64,000 bases of DNA from Octopus sinensis. Its lineage: Eukaryota. The notes beneath the pieces were generated by a model. That model ran no database searches. It saw only the letters and a program-made list of their open reading frames with translations, and was not told the origin of the DNA. The DNA is taken from contig NC_043021.1 in NCBI RefSeq assembly GCF_006345805.1, positions 3,472,001 through 3,536,000 on the forward strand, written 5' to 3'. How positions within the stretch are numbered: the first letter of the stretch is position 1; each line of letters opens with the position of its first letter. Positions 11,166-24,690 of the stretch are shown one piece after another. Both the position numbers and the translations under genes were made by a program.

Positions 11166-11505
11166 TAATTTTCATCCCCTCTTGAACATGGACGTTGTAT
11201 TTGAATAAACTATTCTGTAGTGGTTACCATTAGAGAAATTCTCATGATGGCTTTTTGGTCCAAAATGCACACGGGGTGGGTGGGAATAAATCCAGCGCTA
11301 AGATTGTGATTTTGACTTAGTTTGATCATTGACAAGATGAAACAAGGTTAGAATAACATGATCTGGAGGTAGCAGGGATATATCTCCCCACTAACAATAC
11401 AAGCAAGTGCATTTTGCACCAAAAAGCCAATATGGCTGTTTCTTTCATGGTAACTACTACAGTATAGTTCTGATAGAACATCCACATTTAAGTGGAGATA
11501 ATTAT
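11166..11505. mobile_element. Old MITE-like element with about 100-bp imperfect terminal inverted repeats
   Basis: CTGTAGTGGTTACCAT..GGCTTTTTGGTCCAAAATGCAC pairs with GTGCATTTTGCACCAAAAAGCC..ATGGTAACTACTACAG. Confidence 0.55.
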
Positions 11506-11772
11506 TATTTTCTCTATATTAATACAGCCTCTGTTGCTCATATATATTAATTTTGGCTGTCTATATTGTGAACTGAAATCATTTTGGAAGTTCAACATTA
11601 CCTTTTTTGTATCCTTCCAGGATTAATGAGCTAAGTCTCTGGGGATGGGTTTATTTGATTAATCTCTCCCTGAGTGGATGGAGTAGGATACTGAACAAAA
11701 TACCTTGTGGTATTTAGTTACATTCTTAGTTCAATTCTTGCAGAAGGTAGCACAATAAGATTCAGCATATTA

Positions 11773-11991
11773 TTAACCCTTTCGTTACTGCATTTATTTT
11801 GAGATGCTCTGTATTTCTTTCAACTGATTTTAAATATAACAAAGAATTTAGTAAAATAACTTAGTCATCATTCAACTGGTGTTAGGAACATAAATTGTGA
11901 CTAAGGTTTGGCATAAGATTTTAATTCAAAATTTATGAAAGGAAGACGTTTGTACTCAGAGCCAGAGCCGGGTTGGTCACGAAAGGGTTAA
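11773..11991. mobile_element. Non-autonomous piggyBac-type MITE, family 1
   Basis: TTAA|CCCTTTCG...CGAAAGGG|TTAA termini with TTAA target duplication. Sister copies at 19533-19913 and 42009-42236. Confidence 0.85.
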
Positions 11992-12638
11992 AGCAGTGAG
12001 CTGGCAGAACTGCTAGCACACTGAGCATAACCCTTAGCTACATTTCATCTGTCTTTAAGTATCAGTTGTGAGCTAGGTGTTGCTTTCAATAACTGCATTT
12101 CATCTTTAACTCTCTTAGCATTCAAACCAGTCATATCCAACTCACATATTCTACCTGTTTTATGTTCAAAGTGGTCAGATCAGGCTCTCTCGCACATAAT
12201 TCTAAAAATAAATGTTCACATCATAAAAAATCTCAATGCTAAATGATTAACCATAACCCTAGTCCTTTAACAAGAAACCAGTTATATTCGTCGTCTTTTG
12301 ATTCCGACATGCCTGGTACTGTCCCTGTTTCTATGTTACAAATTTCATTCTAGTTTAGATCTAATTTGAAACCTTCCATCAAAATTTCATGTTAATTTAT
12401 ATTCTAAATAGCAGTTCAATAATGACATGGTTATTTTTACTAAATCCTTTATTAACCCTTTAAACTGGTCAAATCCAGTCTCTCACACCTACCCTACAAT
12501 GTTAGTCTAAAAACAATTTTCACTCTCTTAAAATCTCATGGCTACAAGATAATGCAGGATAAATTCAAATAAATGTGAATAAATGTTAGATTTATATCTG
12601 AATGCTAAAGGGTTAATTTGAAAATTAATTGCCAAGTT

Positions 12639-13193
12639 ATCATCATCATCATTTAGCGTCCGCTTTCCATGCTAGCATGGGTTGGACGGTTCAACTGGGG
12701 TCTGTGAAGCCAGAAGGCTGCATCAGGCCCAGTCTGATCTGGCAGTGTTTCTACGGCTGGATGCCCTTCCTAACGCCAACCACTCCGCGAGTGTAGTGGT
12801 TGCTTTTTACTTGCCACCCGCACAGGTGCCAGACGGAGCTGGCAAACGGCCACAAACGGATGGTGCTTTTACGTGCCACCGGCACGGGGTCCAGGCGAGG
12901 CTGGCAACGGCCACAAACGGATGGTGCTTTTACGTGCCACCGGCACGGGGTCCAGGCGAGGCTGGCAACGGCCACGAACGGATGGTGCTTTTACGTGCCA
13001 CCGGCACGGGGTCCAGGCGAGGCTGGCAATGGACATGAACGGATGGTGCTTTTACGTGCCACCGGCACGGGGTCCAGGCGAGGCTGGCAATGGACATGAA
13101 CGGATGGTGCTTTTACGTGCCACCGGCACGGAGGCCAGTCGGGGCGGCGCTGGCAATGGCCATGGACGGATGGTGCTTTTTACGTGCCACCGG
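12639..13193 (-). mobile_element. SINE family A with an internal 61-bp tandem array
   Basis: (CAT)n tail at 12639. GGTGCTTTTACGTGCCACCGG cores at about 12799, 12862, 12923, 12984, 13045, 13106 and 13172. Confidence 0.85.
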
Positions 13194-14608
13194 TAACAAA
13201 ATAGTTAATCCTCTTTTTTCTTAACTTATTTTTATGAGACAGTACTGAACTACGTTGTCAATTGACTGCTTGTAATGCAAGCAGTTAGGTCTGAGTCACC
13301 ATTTCTGATGAACAAAAATACAAGAAAAATTCTAATACCCATTACATATTGTCACCACTAGATTATTCCAAATATATATATTTCACACAATTTCTAACGA
13401 TGTGAATTAATCATTGATTCCATTCTGCCTTTGCCTCTACTTTCTCTCTTCTTAAATATATGCTTATATCTGCCCGCCACATTTATTTTCTGTTACTATC
13501 TCCTTTCTCCTAGTGTTGGTCAATGTTGGATATGAATATGGTTAAACACCACCTATTATTTAAAATTACCACACTCAAATTCATTGGATCTTGTGAGAAT
13601 AGGAGAGGAGATATTCTTCGGTAGCTTGTTTTTGGTTTCTACTTTTAAAAAATCCAGTTAATTTTTTAGTAAACTCCAACTTCTAATAAGAAAATTGGTT
13701 TTCAACTCATATATATATATATATACACACATATATATATACATACATATATATCCACACACACATATATATATATACACACATATATATATATATACAT
13801 ACATACATATATATATATATACACATATATATACATACATATATATATATATATATACACATATATATATATACACATACACACACACACATGCATATAA
13901 GTGTACATAGATTGGTAACAAATTGGCATGGTCATTAGACTGTCGGGTACAATGCATTACTATATTCCAGCTTTCAGTACACCAAGGTCAAAATTGCCCT
14001 TCATCCTTACAAAGTTGATAAAATCAAGTTACCGCCATCCCAGTACTGGTACAGACCTTTTTTCCTTCCAGCTATCACATTCTGAAATTTCTGGGTGAAG
14101 AATGACAAAGTTAGGAGGGGGTGTCTCTATCAGCCCACAACCACACAGACACCTAAAATCATTAGAGAAAACATTGTACTTACTAGTAGCATGTTACACT
14201 CTGTTGTAAGTGTCAGCCACATTATATGAATATAAATCTATACACATCTTACACAGAGGTTTTGTACCCTTCCCTGCAATGTATAAAGTTCCATTTACCA
14301 TCTGTACCTTTAGCCGAGATATGTTTATGTGAGTTTGTTTGTAAAAATATTAACTTAAATGCCTTCACACTTAACAGTAAAGTGCTACAGCTTTCCAAGC
14401 CTTTTTGGCTTTTATCTCTTTGCTGTGTTGTATTCATGGACAGGACACACGTCATCCAGCTGTACATAGGTAGCAAGCATGAAGTGCAGATCATTTGTTG
14501 ATTACAGAAAAGCTGCAGTTAAATTGTCGTCCCTATCAGAACAGGAGATGGGATGTCCATCAGTTACACCCTGGTAACAGTGTTTGATAAAAAAAAAAAA
14601 AAAAAATG

Positions 14609-15071
14609 TACGAGGGCTGCTGAAAAGTTTTGGGTTTTGAGTAAAAGAAAATACTGGAACACCAGTTAAGATTTTATCCACCATATTCCCTTCTCAGATT
14701 CACATACTTATTGCAGAGGTCCTTCAGTTTTTCTAAGCCCTGTATATGAACTCAGAAGGTTGGGCCTCTGACCAGGCCTTTCACAATATCCTTAACACCA
14801 GGAACTTTTCAGCACCACATGATGTATATATATATATATATACACATATATATAATGAATGGGGTACTGAAAATTCCCTGGTTTTGAGTAAAAGAAAATA
14901 CAAGAGGATCCAGTAATTATGATTTTATCCAACATATTTCCCTGTCAGATTCGCATACTGAGGTGATCCTTCAATTTTTATAATCCTTGTAAAAGAACTC
15001 GGAAGGCTGGGCCTCCAACCAAGCCTTCTGTGATTACCTTGAAGCCAGGACCCTTTCAGCAGCCCCTTGTA
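14609..15071. mobile_element. Two tandem Tc1/mariner-like MITEs (14609-14826 and 14860-15071)
   Basis: TACGAGGG.TGCTGAAAAGTT...AACTTTTCAGCA terminal inverted repeats. The two internal sequences are homologous and separated by (TA)n. Confidence 0.65.
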
Positions 15072-15944
15072 AATGACCACTTAGGATTTAACTGTCCTAC
15101 TCGTCATTAATATTGTTCATACATTCATTGGTTTTTTTCCCCCTTCACCCTTGTTCATAAATTGAAGACTTTAGCTTTTTCTCACCTGCAAGAACTAACA
15201 ACACTCAATGAAATGACTGTCTTTTGCAAGAGATAAAAACGAGACTATTCCATTGCGGAAAAAATTGAAATGGTGAAAAACAAAAACAAAAAAAGTAAAA
15301 GAAACTGGAATTTTAATAAATACTATATCTGATTTATTTATTTTTTTATTTTTTTTTTTTTCATTTGTGATTTTTAAAGTGAAATTATTATTATTGGAGA
15401 TTCAGTGAATTGTCATATTATTGTTGTTATTATTATTAAGGGGTTGATCTGGCAGAATTGCTAACACACCAGGCATTATCCTTAGCAGCATTTTGTCCAT
15501 CCTTAAATGTTCTGAGTTTTAATTCCGCAGGTCAACTTTACCTTTCATCCTTTTAGGGTCGATGTAATCAACTTAGTGTCTTCCCCAAAAAATTTCAGGC
15601 CTCGTGCCCGTAGTAGAAAGGATTAATATTTTTAGGGTGGTAAGTTGGCAGAATCATTTGCAAAACTGTAAAATGTAGGTAAAACTGTATCTGATACTAT
15701 TCTACTGTATTTTGTAAGTTTTTCTAGGCATGCATGTGTGTGTGTGTGTGTATGTATGTGTATATATATACTACACTCTCAGAGTGGTTGGTGTTAGGAA
15801 GGGCATCCAGCTGTAGAAACTCTGCCAGATCAGATTGGTGCCTGGTGCAGTCATCTGGTTCGCTAGTCCTCAGTCAAATCATCCGGAAAGCGGATGTTAA
15901 ACGATGATGATGATGGTGAGTTGTCAGAATCGTTAGCACATGGG

Positions 15945-16200
15945 ACAAAATGTTTACCATCAAAATACAGGACCAGATACTGCAACAGCTTGGGTTTCAG
16001 AGGACCACAGCTCTTTAACATCCTCCCTAAATGCCTAAGAGACTTACATGGTGTGGATGTGGGTTTCTTTAAAACTAAACTGGATCTCTTGTCGGGAGTC
16101 CCAGATGAACCAACCTCACGACAAGAGACGCAGATGTGGGCAACAGCATCAAACTCCCTTGTTGATCAAGTGCCATGTATCAGAGGTGGATTCACATATT
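15945..16200 (+). mobile_element. CR1/L2-group LINE ORF2 C-terminal fragment
   Basis: Translates to NSLGFRGPQLFNILPKCLRDLHGVDVGFFKTKLDLLSGVPDEP...ASNSLVDQ, typical of the post-RT C-terminus. Confidence 0.7.
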
Positions 16201-16628
16201 AGTGTAGCTCATTCAGCGGTGTCTTTTCACATTCTGAGTTGAAATACTGCCAAGATCAACTTTGCTTTTCCTCCAATTCCAGACCTTGTGCCTATATTAC
16301 TCTAACACCCAGTGAGATGACAGAATCACTAGCATAGTGAACAGAACAGTTTGCACCGTTTCTTCTAGTTCGCCTGTCATCCTCTCAGGATTAATAAAAT
16401 AAAGCACTGAGCAAGTATAGATGTCGGTGAAGCTGACCAACTCCCTCCTCCTAAAATTGCTGGCCTTGTGCTAAAACTTGAAAGTATTATTTGCCTTTAT
16501 GAATAACATTTATGGGAAACATTGTTTCTCTGCATGTCATAAGTTGAAGTGGAGGAATATTCAGATCAATTTCTTTGTACACATTGATCGCTAGACACGA
16601 ACAAAATCAGTATTCTGTTCAGAGGACA

Positions 16629-17619
16629 CTCTTTACTCTTTTACTTGTTTCAGTCATTTGACTGTGGCCATGCTGGAGCACCGCCTTTGGTCGAGCAAAT
16701 CGACCCCCGCGACTTATTCTTTGTAAGCCTAGTACTTATTCTATCGGTCTATTTGACTGCGTCCATGCTGGAGCACCGCCTTTAGTCGAGCAAATCGACG
16801 CCCAGGACTTATTCTTTGGAAGCCTAGTACTTATTCTATCGGTCTCTTTTTCCGAACCGCAAAGTTACGGGGACGTAAACACACCAGCATCGGTTGTCAA
16901 GCGATGTTGTGGGGACAAATACAGACATACAAACACATATACATATATACGACAGGCTTCTTTCAGTTTCCGTCTGCCAAATCCACTCACAAGGCTTTGG
17001 TCGGCCCGAAGCTATAGTAGAAGAGATTTGCCCAAAGTGCCACGCAGTGGGACTGAACCCGGAACCATGTGGTTGGTAAGCAAGCTGGTTTTTTTTTAAT
17101 GATTATGTCCCCATGCGTGGCCTAGTGATTAGCGTATTCGGGTCACACGTTCGATTCGCAGCAGCTTGTAGTGTCCTTGAGCAAGACACTTTATTCACAT
17201 TGTTTTTGTTTATTCGGCTGGCAAAAATGAGAGCAGTAGCTGTACTTCAAAGCTCCAGCCTGGTCACGCTGAATCGCCGTACGATCTACGTTATGGGTAC
17301 GCATGTCTGTAAAGTGCTCAGACGAGCAGGCGGTTGTGTTGATCCGATCAACTGGAACCCTCGTCGTCGTAAGCATCGGAGTCCCAGTTATGTCTCCGCA
17401 AACTCACATGCCCACACGTATAGTGGGTTTTATTTATGTATATTATTCATATTAGATGCAGGAGTGGCTGTGTGGTAAGTAGCTTGCTAACCAACCACAT
17501 GGTTCCGGGTTCAGTCCCACTGCGTGGCATCTTGAGCAAGTGTCCTCTACTATAGTCTCGGGCCGACCAAAGCCTTGTGAGTGAATTTGGTAGACGGAAA
17601 CTGAAAGAAGCCTGTCGTA

Positions 17620-17652
<33 letters not shown>

Positions 17653-18302
17653 GTTTGTGTGTGTGTGTTTGTCCCCCTAGCATTGCTTGACAACCGATGC
17701 TGGTGTGTTTATGTCCCCGTCACTTAGCGGTTCGGCAAGAGAGACCGATAGAATAAGTCCTGGGGTCGATTTGCTCGACTAAAGGCGGTGCTCCAGTGTG
17801 GCCACAGTCAAATGACTGAAACAAGTAAAAGAGTAAAGATTATTACAATTAACATTTTTACTCAGAATGAACTTTTCGTCTTCCGACTATAAATAAGTGT
17901 TACAGAGTTACTTCCCTTACATTAGAGTTATTGTCAACTCTCTCTTTACTCTTACTTGTTTCAGTCATTTGAATGCAGCCATGCTGGAGCACCGCCTTTT
18001 AATCGAGCAACTCGACCCCAGGACTTATTCTATCGGTCTCTTTGCCGAACCGCTAAGTAACGGGGACATGAACACACCAGCATCGGTTGTCAAGCAATGC
18101 TAGGGGGACAAACACACACACACATATATACATATATATACGACGGGCTTCTTTCAGTTTCCGTCTACCGAATCCACTCACAAGGCTTTGGTTGGCCCGA
18201 GGCTATAGTAGAAGACACTTGCCCAAGATGCCACGCAGTGGGACTGAACCCGGAACCATGTGGTTGGTAAGCAAGCTACTTACCACACAGCCGCTCCTGC
18301 GC
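16629..18302. mobile_element. Three family B SINEs in alternating orientation (16629-17087 -, 17456-17838 +, 17941-18302 -) plus a family D SINE (17113-17383 +)
   Basis: Direct similarity to 728-1116 and 24271-24690. The first copy has an internal 95-bp tandem duplication (16657-16846). Confidence 0.85.
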
Positions 18303-19387
18303 ATATATATCTGTAAACTTCTAACTAAAAATCCCATTCTCAAGAAACAGTTTTCCGAAATTTTTTAGACCGTCCGGAAAATTTCTATATACTTGTGAAT
18401 ATATGTCGAAATGGTTCATTTTTGACCAGACATCGATGTTGAGCAATTTCTTCCAGACCTACACTATTTAGAAAACAAAATATTTGTCTTGAAAATATCG
18501 CATCAATTTTTTGTCCTGCATGTCACAAATGGTAAAAGGGAATTATGACCACAGGTATTCTTGTCTAGTAATCTCATTAGTATTTTTGGGAAATCCTAAG
18601 GTCAATGTGACACCAAGTGTCTTTTTATGCTGTTCTGGAGGAATTCAGGTGGAAATGTTATTTTGTGTAGTGTCATGTATGTTACAACTCAGCATACATT
18701 GCAGGTAAAAAAAATTTTTTCTTTAATGCTCACCTGGGCCAAGTATATTAAATGTTTCTATGGATCTTTATTTCCCCCTAGACTATGGAGTGTGATTTCT
18801 GATTGATGTGGCTGCTATTTTTAGCATATCAATCATCAACCCCCTAGACATTGCTGTCTAGAGTCCTGGGGCCCATAGGGCTGACTATCCAGATTCATGG
18901 ACTCTTAGTAACAGATCACAATATTCCCACCTGAAAGGGCCGCCTGTCCCTTGCACGGTTACCCATTGACAGCTAAGTGGACTGGAGCAACATGAAATGT
19001 AATGGTTTGTTGAAGAACACAGTGCACTGCTTGGTCTAGGAATTGTAACTATAATCTTGCAATTGTGAGAACTACTCCTTAACCACTAAGCCACGCACAT
19101 GTTCACTTTGTATGTCGGCGATTGAGGCCCTTGCTGTACTCAAGAAGCCCAGCAGAAGCGTTAAGGCTGACCATCCCTTGGTGAAGAGGATCAGCCTTGC
19201 AAGGGTCATGTGCCGATGCCACATTAGAAGAACTCGTGCCAGTAACAGCACCCGTGTGGTGCCATGTAAAAGCACTCAGCTCACTCTGTGAAATGGTTGG
19301 CATTAAGAAGGGCATCCAGCAGTAAAAACCGAGCCAAGACAGAGTGGAGTTTAGTGCAGTTCTCCAGCTTGCCATCTCTGGTCAGAC

Positions 19388-20195
19388 TGTAGCTCGACAC
19401 AAGAAGCCAGCACCATTTTATGTGAGATCTCGCCGGCAGCCATGGCCATGTCCGAGACAAGAGCGATATCTCGCCTACAACCATATTTGCTATGCGCGAG
19501 ACCACAGCGAGGCTCTCATGGGCAACATCTATTTAACCCTTTCGTTACTGTATTTATTTTGAGATGCTCTGTGTTTCTTTCAATTACTTTCATCATCATC
19601 ATCATCATCATTTAGCGTCCGTTTTCTATGCTAGCATGGGTTGGACGGTTCAACTGGGGTCTGTGAAGCCGGAAGGCTTCATCAGGCCCAGTCAGATCTG
19701 GCAGTGTTTCTACAGCTGGATGCCCTTCCTAACGCCTAACTTTGAATATAACAAAGAATTTAGTAAAATAACTTAGTTATTTTTCAGCTGGTGACAGGAA
19801 CATAAATTGTGACTAAGGTTTGGTGGAAGATTTTAATTCAGAACTTATGAAAATAAGACATTTGTACTCAGAGCGAGAGGCAGTTTCAGCCGGATTGGTA
19901 TCAAAAGGGTTAAGGAGGCGTATCAAAAAGGAGATTCTCTCTCTCGCGTTCGCGCTCACACTGAACAACACTGCAAACTGGCAGCTCACAGCGGATTCTT
20001 AACCCACTCTAGCTTTACCCGTTATCTCCAGAGGTAATGTACCTCACGTGAGCAGAACAATAACGGACCACATTCTGCCATAGAGATGGTCACCGGGAGC
20101 GAACCCCCATGACTGAGAACTAAAATAAAGCAACCATTGAATTGCATCTGCTCGTAAGCTTCTTCTTCCTTCGAGTTCAAGATCCTAAGACTACA
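19388..20195 (+). mobile_element. Solo LTR (about 430 bp net) interrupted by a piggyBac MITE
   Basis: TGTAG...CTACA inverted termini, a TATA-like TATTTAAGG restored when the MITE is removed, and AATAAA at about 20124. No clean target-site duplication was seen. Confidence 0.6.
19533..19913. mobile_element. piggyBac MITE family 1 containing a family A SINE (about 19590-19735)
   Basis: TTAA at 19533-19536 and 19910-19913; collinear with 11773-11991 apart from the SINE. Confidence 0.85.
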
Positions 20196-20767
20196 GAAAA
20201 TAATTGTAATGGGAGAAGGAGATACTCTGCAGGTATCATGAACCTTCTAGTCCCATTATAAAACCCTCCAACCCATGCCGGCATGGACAACAGATGTTAA
20301 ATGATGACTATGATGCGTATGTATGCATGTATATGAAAGGCAAGGCAAATCTGTACAAATTCATATGCATATGTATGCCAGCATATTTGTGAGTGTATGC
20401 ATGGATGCACATATATTTTGTGAACGAATACGAGTATGCATGTCCTTAAGAGTGATTAACAGATACACGCCTATGCCCCCATGCAAATGCACACGTTTGT
20501 GTGCAGACAAGAAGGCAAATAAGGCAGAAAGAGTTGTCTCCCTTCAACCGCTGAAACTCGACTTTTTTCTTACTTTTTTTTTCCATAACAACCGATCACA
20601 AAAACTTAATTACCACCTGACTCACCCAAATCCAGTTACAAAGGCTTTGGTGGCCTGAGACTATATAGTAAAAGACACTTGCCTAAGGCGTCACGCAGCG
20701 GGACTGAACCTGGAAATATGTGGTTAGGCATCAAGCTTCTTATCACACAGTGGTGGTGATGATATTC

Positions 20768-21181
20768 TCTCTTTTACTCTTATACTTGTTTCAGTCATTT
20801 GACTGCGGCCATGCTGGAGCACCGCCTTTAGTCGAGCAAATCGACCCCGGGACTTATTCTTTTTGTAAGCCCAGTACTTATTCTATCGGTCTCTTTTGCC
20901 GAATTGCTAAGTGACGGGGACGTAAACACACCAGCATCGGTTGTCAAGCAATACTAGGGGGACAAACACATACACACACACACATACATACATATATATA
21001 TACACATATACATACATATATACGACAGGCTTCTTTCAGTTTCCGTCTACTAAATCCACTCACAAGGCATTGGTCGGCCCGGGGCTAAAGCAGAAGACAC
21101 TTGCCCAAGATGCCACGCAGTGGGACTGAACCCGGAACCATGTGGTTGGTTAGCAAGCTACTTACCACACAGCCACTCCTG
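20768..21181 (-). mobile_element. SINE family B, full length
   Basis: Near-identical to 728-1116. Confidence 0.85.
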
Positions 21182-21747
21182 ATTATTATTATTTATTATT
21201 TTTATTATTTAGAGTGCTAAGTCTAACATGTTGCCAGGTTTAACACCATCAACTGGTCTCTGAGTGCATCGCCAGTTATCTCTCTTGTCTGTGTTTTACC
21301 TGCAAATGTTTAGGTATTACATCAGCCATATAGAACTCACCAGTTTGGCGGGGGAGTTTACGACAGTCAGGAACACTGCCTCTCTTTATCTGTCTAACTT
21401 TTAACAAATAACGAAAACAAAGCAGAAAAAATACTAGTGCAGTACCTGTCAAAAACGATGGGGTTTATATGAATATGGAAAATATTATGCAAATATGATG
21501 TAATGAATATATATATACACATAAATGGAGATGTGTGTATGGGAGGGTAGATGTATACAACTAAACACATCTGTAACAAAATGTCAACACTTTTGTATTT
21601 TTCCTCAAGCATGTATAACTTTCATTCTATCAGTTTCCATGTCCCCACCCCCTCCAACAGCATTTGTTACTATATTTACAACATCTCTTTCTCTCTCTCT
21701 CTCTAAAACTCATCAATGCTTCTCTCCTTTGTAGTCAAACAGTTATT

Positions 21748-21826
21748 CTCTCTCTCTCTCTATCTATCTATCTATTTATCTCTATCTCTCTCTCTATCTC
21801 TCTCTCTATCTATCTATCCATCAATC

Positions 21827-21857
<31 letters not shown>

Positions 21858-21922
21858 CTGTTTATCTATCTATCTATCTCTCTATCTCTCTATCTATCTA
21901 TCTCTATCTGTCTATCTATCTC

Positions 21923-21971
<49 letters not shown>

Positions 21972-22011
21972 TTCTCTATCTATCTATCTAACTATCTATC
22001 TATCTATCTAT

Positions 22012-22073
<62 letters not shown>

Positions 22074-22076
22074 TTA

Positions 22077-22108
<32 letters not shown>

Positions 22109-22175
22109 TCTCTCTCTCTCTCTATTATCTCTCTCTCTATCTATCTATCTATCTATTTATCTGTCTGTCTATCTA
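21748..22175. repeat. (TATC)n/(TC)n microsatellite
   Basis: Directly visible; accounts for the LSIYLS pseudo-ORFs. Confidence 0.95.
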
Positions 22176-22672
22176 CCTCTGTCTCCGTCTCTGTCTGTCG
22201 CTGCTCCTTCACTTATGACATTGCTTTTTACTTGCTGCTACCTTCTTTCTCTTCTTTCCTCTTCCCTTATCTCTGACGTTTTCCCCTCCTTTCAACATAT
22301 GTCACACCATCTACTCACTTGTTCTTCAAGCTCACTATCTTGACACACACTCTCTCTCTCTCTCCCTTGCTTGTTCTCTCTCTCTCTCTATCTGTCTTTT
22401 TATTAACCTGTCTCTCTCTCTTTCTTTATTGCTTTTTGCAAACATGACATTCCAACAGAAAGTGTGGATGTATATGTGTGTGTGTGTGTGTGTGCATGTG
22501 TGTGTGTATGTGTGAAGCTGTTTTGCATTTCTCTCTCCTTCTCCTCATGTTTTAATTCTCTCTCTCTATGGTGTGTATATATATATATATATATATAGGG
22601 AGAATTCACAAAAAACAAAACACACACACAAATATACATTCATATCTACATACACACATGCATACATACACA

Positions 22673-22749
<77 letters not shown>

Positions 22750-22859
22750 ATATATATGTATATATAATATATATATATATATATACATGCATATATATAT
22801 ATATATACATGCATATATATATATATATATGCATGTATATATATATATATACATGCATA

Positions 22860-22903
<44 letters not shown>

Positions 22904-22916
22904 TCACACACACACA

Positions 22917-22972
<56 letters not shown>

Positions 22973-23484
22973 CATGTATTCATTCCACTCATTATATCAC
23001 CTCCTCTTTCAACTAACATTCCTGAACCGTAACAAAAACCAATAAAAGAAAAGAAAAGAATAATAATAATAATAATAACAACAACGACGATAATAATAAT
23101 AATCAACACAAAAAGCAGACCATTTGACTTTTTATATTCAAGAAAATGGGCAGAAATAAAATAAAAAATACTTTGTCATTGCGTTTACAATGCAAATTTC
23201 AAAATTGCTGAAGTCCGATTACTTTCAACATCTTATCATCATCCGTCCTCTCTTTGATGGTTCTGACCATTATATCTGGCTTGGCTCTGTGCTGCTGTTG
23301 GCCTTTCTGTTGGTTCCACTCTGCAACATGGTCTTCCTTGTCTCTCTCTCTCATCTTCTCCATTCAACTACTTTCACATTGTAACACTTTTCTGTACCTG
23401 TTTGTTGTTTTCATTGTCACAACTGGATTGTCACAACTGGAGTGGGTTGGTAGTGTTCTTCATACTACACCCCACTCTTCAACA

Positions 23485-23921
23485 ATCACCACTGCCACTA
23501 CTGTTGGTACAACCACCACCAACAACAACACCAACACAACCACCTCCACAACCACTACTGATACTACTACCACACTGCCACCATCTCTGCCTCCACCTCC
23601 ACCACCACCGCCACTACTACCACACTATCATCGTCACCGCTGCCATCAGCACCGTCTCTGCCACTACTACCATCATCACCACCACTACCACCTCAACCTC
23701 CACCACCTCCTCCACAACCACCACCTCCACCACAACCACCACCACCTCCACCACCACCACTGCCACCACCACTACCACCTCAACCTCCACTACCTCCACC
23801 ACAACCACCACCACCTCCTCCACCACAACCACCACCTCCTCCACCACCACCTGCACTGCCACCACTACCACCACTACTACCCTCATCACAGCCACCACCA
23901 CCTCAACCACCACCACCACCA
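23485..23921. repeat. Degenerate (ACC)n trinucleotide array
   Basis: Directly visible. Complementary (GGT)n arrays occur at 29520-29860, 31765-32156 and 33320-34016. Confidence 0.9.
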
Positions 23922-24270
23922 TTGCAAGCAACACCCTAGTTCTGGCACAAACAACTTGCAAGCCTTTACAACTATTTTGCATGACACGTGTAACATTGTG
24001 ATTACACAAACACAATAATTTTTTTACAGAAATTTTGGGACAATTTTTAGGCCCAACTCTTGTTAACTTGAACAATTTTGTTTCTTTCGGATGAACCAAA
24101 GTCTGGTGAAGCTGGACAATTTTTCAACTCATCAGCAAATTCCCCAATTTATCAACCTAGGAAAACGTGTAACAAAAACACAGTGTTGGTGAAATCATTC
24201 TTTTAACCTTTCATCTCCATATTTCTGTTGAAATACGATGCCATTGTTTCAATTACTTTTGAAAAATAAA

Positions 24271-24441
24271 GGCGCAGGCGTGGCTGTGTGGTAAGTAGCT
24301 TGCTAACCAACCACATGGTTCCGGGTTCAGTCCCACTGCGTGGCATCTTGGGCAAGTGTCTTCTGCTATAGCCCCGGGCCGACCAATGCCTTGTGAGTGG
24401 ATTTGGTAGACGGAAACTGGAAGAAGCCTGTCGTATATATG

Positions 24442-24478
<37 letters not shown>

Positions 24479-24690
24479 TTGTGTGTCTGTGTTTGTCCCC
24501 CTAGCATTGCTTGACAACCGGTGCTGGTGTGTTTACGTCCCCGTCACTTAGCGGTTCGGCAAAAGAGACCGATAGAATAAGTACTGGGCTTACAAAGAAT
24601 AAGTCCCGGGGTCGATTTGCTCGACTAAAGGTGGTGCTCCAGCATGGCCACAGTCAAATGACTGAAACAAGTAAAAGAGTAAAAGAGTAA
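24271..24690 (+). mobile_element. SINE family B, full-length young copy
   Basis: Runs from the GGCGCAGGCGTGGCTGTGTGGTAAG head to the (GAGTAAAA)n tail. Confidence 0.88.

Noticed and set aside
12885-12915. HDV-like ribozyme (minus strand GGCCGTTGCCAGCCTCGCCTGG resembles the HDV P3/L3 region)
   Set aside because: P1, P1.1 and J4/2 could not be assigned, and the loop does not fit the UYCHCG consensus.
12799-13193. CRISPR-like repeat-spacer array
   Set aside because: The spacers are near-identical to one another, the array is part of a dispersed SINE, the context is eukaryotic, and there are no cas genes.
24271-24345. tRNA gene
   Set aside because: The tRNA-like A and B boxes are a SINE head that continues into the SINE body; no complete cloverleaf or terminator.
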